Shown here piece after piece: positions 44,161-46,864 of a stretch of DNA of 46,864 bases. The translations under genes and the position numbers were made by a program. How positions within the stretch are numbered: the first letter of the stretch is position 1; each line of letters opens with the position of its first letter. Source of the stretch: Terriglobales bacterium (GTDB lineage: Bacteria > Acidobacteriota > Terriglobia > Terriglobales > Acidobacteriaceae); NCBI GenBank assembly GCA_025927855.1, contig JAICKN010000001.1, positions 1 to 46,864 on the forward strand, in the 5' to 3' direction. Under the pieces are notes generated by a model. The model was given only the letters and a program-made list of their open reading frames with translations, was not told where the DNA came from and ran no database searches.

Positions 44161-44936
44161 CTCTAACGGCTCATACGAGCGATGTGAGCGCTTCGCAGAA
44201 CATGGCCGCGCCGAACCAGGGGACAGGAAATAATTTCAAAAGCAATCGCCCTCTACCGCCCATCAGCGGATTCCGCACGACCGTCGCGAGCCTGGTCAAA
44301 GACATCCGCCTGGAGTGGCGCTCGAAAGATGCCATTAACTCCATGCTGTTTTTTTCGCTGCTCGTGGTCGTCGTATTCAGCTTTTCTTTCGATCCCACAG
44401 CGCAGGAATCGCGCCGGATTGCCGGCGGCCTGATATGGGTGGCATTTTTATTCGCCGCCATCGTTGCGCTCAATCAAACCTGGGCGCGCGAAATGCGGAA
44501 CCAGGTGCTGGACGCCTACCGCGTCTCCCCAGCTCCCGCCAATTCCCTTTTCCTCTCCAAGGCAATCGGCAATTTTCTGTTCGTCCTGTTGCTTGAGGCC
44601 GTCATGACGCCGCTGTTCATAATGTTCTACCAGCTTCGCGCTCTCGGCCCGGCATGGCAACTTGTTCCAATCGCCGTGCTGGGGACCTGGGCCATCGTCA
44701 TTAACGGAACATTTTTTGCTTCCATCTCTCTGCGCACGCGCAGCCGCGAAATCATGCTGCCGCTTTTGCTCTTCCCTATTTCGATTCCAGCGTTGCTCGC
44801 GATGGTCGAAGGCACGACTTCCATCCTGAGCGGAGAACTGACCGCAAGATTTTGGATCGCCTTGCTTCTGGCCTACGATGTAGTGTTTACTATGGCTAGT
44901 CTTCTCCTATTCGAAACGGTACTCCACGCGGAATGA
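44157..44936 (+). CDS. ccmB: Heme exporter membrane protein CcmB
   Basis: Six hydrophobic segments. ATGA overlap with the ccmA stop. Its position between ccmA and ccmC supports the call. Confidence 0.85.
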   Translation: MTLTAHTSDVSASQNMAAPNQGTGNNFKSNRPLPPISGFRTTVASLVKDIRLEWRSKDAINSMLFFSLLVVVVFSFSFDPTAQESRRIAGGLIWVAFLFAAIVALNQTWAREMRNQVLDAYRVSPAPANSLFLSKAIGNFLFVLLLEAVMTPLFIMFYQLRALGPAWQLVPIAVLGTWAIVINGTFFASISLRTRSREIMLPLLLFPISIPALLAMVEGTTSILSGELTARFWIALLLAYDVVFTMASLLLFETVLHAE

Positions 44937-45622
44937 AGCGACTCTTTCCACTTTTTGCCATACTCACGGCGGCATTATTAAGCTTTGCGCTCTATGAATC
45001 GCTGATCGTCGCTCCCGTGGACCAGCTTCAGGGCAACGTCTACCGCATTCTTTACTACCACGCGTCTTCCGCATGGACTGCATTCATCCTCTTCGGCATC
45101 AATTTTGTGGCTTCGGTTGTATATCTCGTGCGGCGTAATGAAAAAGCCGATGTGCTCGCCTTCGTCACCGCCGAAGTAGGAGTCGTCTTCTGCACCGTGG
45201 TACTCGTCACCGGCCCGCTATGGGCGCGGCCTGTCTGGGGCATCTGGTGGACATGGGACTGGCGGCTCACCTCCACATTCGTTTTATGGTTGATTTATGT
45301 GAGCTATCTGCTGCTGCGCCGGTTTTCGAGCAGCGGACAAACGCCAGTCCTGGCCGCCGCGCTTGCCGTTTTTGGCGCGCTCGATATTCCGCTGGTTTAT
45401 TTTTCCATCTGGTTCTTCCGCACTCAGCACCCGCAACCCGTAATTGGCGACGGAGGATATATGGATCCAGGCATGTTGCACGTGCTTCTGCTCAACTGGC
45501 TGGCTTTTTCCTGCCTGGCATTTATGGTCTGCTGGTCGCGCTACAACCTGGAAGTGTTGAAGCGTGAACTGGAAGAGGCGCAGGCGCTCGAATCCCTGCT
45601 TGAAACCGGAGGCGCAAGATGA
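44933..45622 (+). CDS. ccmC: Heme exporter/heme lyase protein CcmC
   Basis: Trp-rich WWD motif WGIWWTWDWRL. Six TM segments. ATGA overlap with ccmB. Confidence 0.9.
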   Translation: MKRLFPLFAILTAALLSFALYESLIVAPVDQLQGNVYRILYYHASSAWTAFILFGINFVASVVYLVRRNEKADVLAFVTAEVGVVFCTVVLVTGPLWARPVWGIWWTWDWRLTSTFVLWLIYVSYLLLRRFSSSGQTPVLAAALAVFGALDIPLVYFSIWFFRTQHPQPVIGDGGYMDPGMLHVLLLNWLAFSCLAFMVCWSRYNLEVLKRELEEAQALESLLETGGAR

Positions 45623-45738
45623 ACTATCTCTATACCGCATACGCCGCCGTCTGGATCATCCACATTATCTACCTGAGCTCGCTGGCGCGCCGCTACGGCC
45701 GATTGCGCGATGAGATTAAAAGTCTGGGCAAGAAGTAG
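45619..45738 (+). CDS. ccmD: CcmD-like small membrane protein (39 aa), absent from the supplied ORF track
   Basis: MNYLYTAYAAVWIIHIIYLSSLARRYGRLRDEIKSLGKK*. ATG 45619 overlaps the ccmC stop (ATGA). One hydrophobic helix followed by a basic tail, as in CcmD. Confidence 0.7.
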   Translation: MNYLYTAYAAVWIIHIIYLSSLARRYGRLRDEIKSLGKK

Positions 45739-45743
45739 CTTAA

Positions 45744-45844
45744 CTTTTCTGGAAGTTGTTTTTGGAAATCTCTCTACAACTCAGTTTTTCTGGAAGTCGT
45801 TTTTCTGGAAATCATTCTTCTGGAAATCATTCTTCCGCAAGTCA
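45744..45844. repeat. 15-bp tandem repeat tract (about 4 good copies plus 2 degenerate copies)
   Basis: Units TTTTTCTGGAAGTCG / TTTTTCTGGAAATCA / TTCTTCTGGAAATCA / TTCTTCCGCAAGTCA at 45785-45844. Degenerate copies lie at 45744-45770, beyond the PilZ-gene stop codon. Confidence 0.9.
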
Positions 45845-46326
45845 ATCTGTCCCGGCGCAATCGCTTTTAGGAATTCATAGTCCTCAATCACAGCCGCAAT
45901 TCCGGTCCGCGAAACCGGCAGCGGAGTCTCCACCCGAATCACCCGCGCCGCGAACTTTACGCGCACTGAGCCGCTCATCGTGATGTGCGGAGGAAATGTC
46001 ATCGTAATTTCAAGCTGGCTGCCTTCCGCGAGCGCCCTGTCCAAATAGAAAAATATTCCCCGCGCGCTCACGTTCTGCGTCTCAGTCCAGAACTCGTGCG
46101 CCTCATGGTTTTGCGAGGAAGCCTCCTGCATCTTGCTGGCGCCCTCGATTGCATGTTGAAAAGTTTTCGAAGCTTGTGAAGATTGCGCCAGCCGGATCAG
46201 CGCAGGGAGGTGCATATCAAAACGGCGCATACGACGGCGTTCTTGTGTCGTGTTCATCATCAATGGGTTTAATTTGTACTGAGAATGCCAGTTTAACGGC
46301 TGTTTAGAATCTCTCGCAGGAATCAT
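45781..46326 (-). CDS. PilZ-domain (c-di-GMP receptor-type) protein with a C-terminal (KNDFQ)n repeat
   Basis: RxxxR motif (ERRRMRRFD) and N-x-S-x-x-G motif (QNVSARG). C-terminus is DLRKNDFQKNDFQKNDFQKN*. Alternative starts at 46260/46257 (MMNTTQ). Confidence 0.75.
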   Translation of the reverse strand: MIPARDSKQPLNWHSQYKLNPLMMNTTQERRRMRRFDMHLPALIRLAQSSQASKTFQHAIEGASKMQEASSQNHEAHEFWTETQNVSARGIFFYLDRALAEGSQLEITMTFPPHITMSGSVRVKFAARVIRVETPLPVSRTGIAAVIEDYEFLKAIAPGQIDLRKNDFQKNDFQKNDFQKN

Positions 46327-46444
46327 TTATTCCCGCAAACAACCGGCATCCCGAATAGCCGGAAAAACTTCTCTCTGAGGATCAACGACTTGGCTTCGCA
46401 ATGCAAGGGAAAACTTGAGGCGAACTTTATACGTCACCTTCCCC

Positions 46445-46594
46445 TGTCATGCTGAGCGCGGCCAGGACTGGCAAAGCCAGTCCTGCGAAGTCGAAGCATC
46501 CCTATCGCTATCCGAAAAAAACACAAGCAGGTAGGGATCCTTCGACTTCGCAGTCGCTGCGCAAGGCGCAGCGGCTACTCCGCTCAGGATGGCA
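46445..46594. repeat. Composite palindromic intergenic element (REP/MITE-like)
   Basis: Outer arms TGTCATGCTGAGCG / CGCTCAGGATGGCA. Inner arms CGAAGTCGAAGCATCCCTA / TAGGGATCCTTCGACTTCG. Each arm carries its own hairpin: CAGGACTGGC-AAA-GCCAGTCCTG and GCTGCGC-AAG-GCGCAGC. Confidence 0.8.
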
Positions 46595-46633
46595 ACATCA
46601 GGAAATCAGTTTCTGAAATGACAATGCACAACT

Positions 46634-46864
46634 TCAGTGCTTTTCCCCAAAGCCCTGGAAGCCCTTGCGCCGTTGCGCGCTGTAGCGGTGCAGCGCATCC
46701 AGAATAATGGGATACGCCTCCGCCGGCGGGCGAATATCATCCACCTCCACGGCCTTGCCTTCGAGCTGCTTATAGTCCTGAAAAAAACGCCGCAGCATCA
46801 GCAGCCGGTGCGTGGGCATCTCTGCCGCCTCGCGGTAGGAATTGAACTCCGGGTCCTCGGTGGC
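46634..46864 (-). CDS. ppa: Inorganic diphosphatase (family I), 3' part; 5' end lies outside the window
   Basis: The C-terminal region ...DPEFNSYREAAEMPTHRLLMLRRFFQDYKQLEGKAVEV... matches the PPase FFxxYKxLEGK pattern. The frame is open to the window edge. Confidence 0.8.
   Translation of the reverse strand, partial: ATEDPEFNSYREAAEMPTHRLLMLRRFFQDYKQLEGKAVEVDDIRPPAEAYPIILDALHRYSAQRRKGFQGFGEKH

Overview
This 46.9-kb window is densely coding: about 46 CDS, one tRNA-Arg(CCT) and no rRNA. I found no transposase, integrase, CRISPR array or recognisable defence or toxin-antitoxin gene, so it reads as core chromosome rather than an accessory island. The gene content suggests an Acidobacteriota-like soil bacterium, but that is inference only.

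Main blocks, in order:
- An assimilatory-type sulfite/nitrite reductase with a tightly linked unknown ORF, and a divergent sulfotransferase.
- A minus-strand type IV pilus block, pilB-pilT-pilC plus pilS-pilR.
- A GH10 xylanase and a stand-alone Ku.
- A MurNAc/peptidoglycan-recycling locus: an AmiE-like::NamZ-like fusion, a second AmiE-like serine hydrolase, murQ and murA.
- A same-strand housekeeping run: a Pnk-like P-loop kinase, ygfZ, DUF1844, a PhnP-like MBL hydrolase and ribF.
- A GAF-GAF histidine kinase, aspA, a cold-shock protein, a NUDIX hydrolase, a YpdA-type flavoprotein and inositol-3-phosphate synthase.
- A Ser/Thr-kinase-like::TonB-C protein, a ccmEABCD heme-handling operon, a PilZ protein and the 3' end of ppa.

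I do not see a convincing new multi-gene system. The best leads are:
- a CcmE with Cys in place of the heme-binding His (CxxxY variant System I), plus a ccmD missing from the ORF track;
- a membrane-anchored kinase-fold protein with its catalytic residues substituted (a likely pseudokinase), fused to a TonB-C domain;
- the AmiE-like::NamZ-like fusion, whose signal-peptide n-region lies upstream of any canonical start codon;
- a stand-alone T4-Pnk-like kinase with an Arg/Gly-rich tail;
- tandem MshEN c-di-GMP motifs in PilB;
- a terminator-like leader upstream of the sulfite reductase;
- a 15-bp coding tandem repeat in the PilZ gene;
- a composite palindromic intergenic element.

All family calls are by-eye motif recognition; no searches were run. 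An 'M' at the start of an ORF-track protein can be a GTG or TTG codon.
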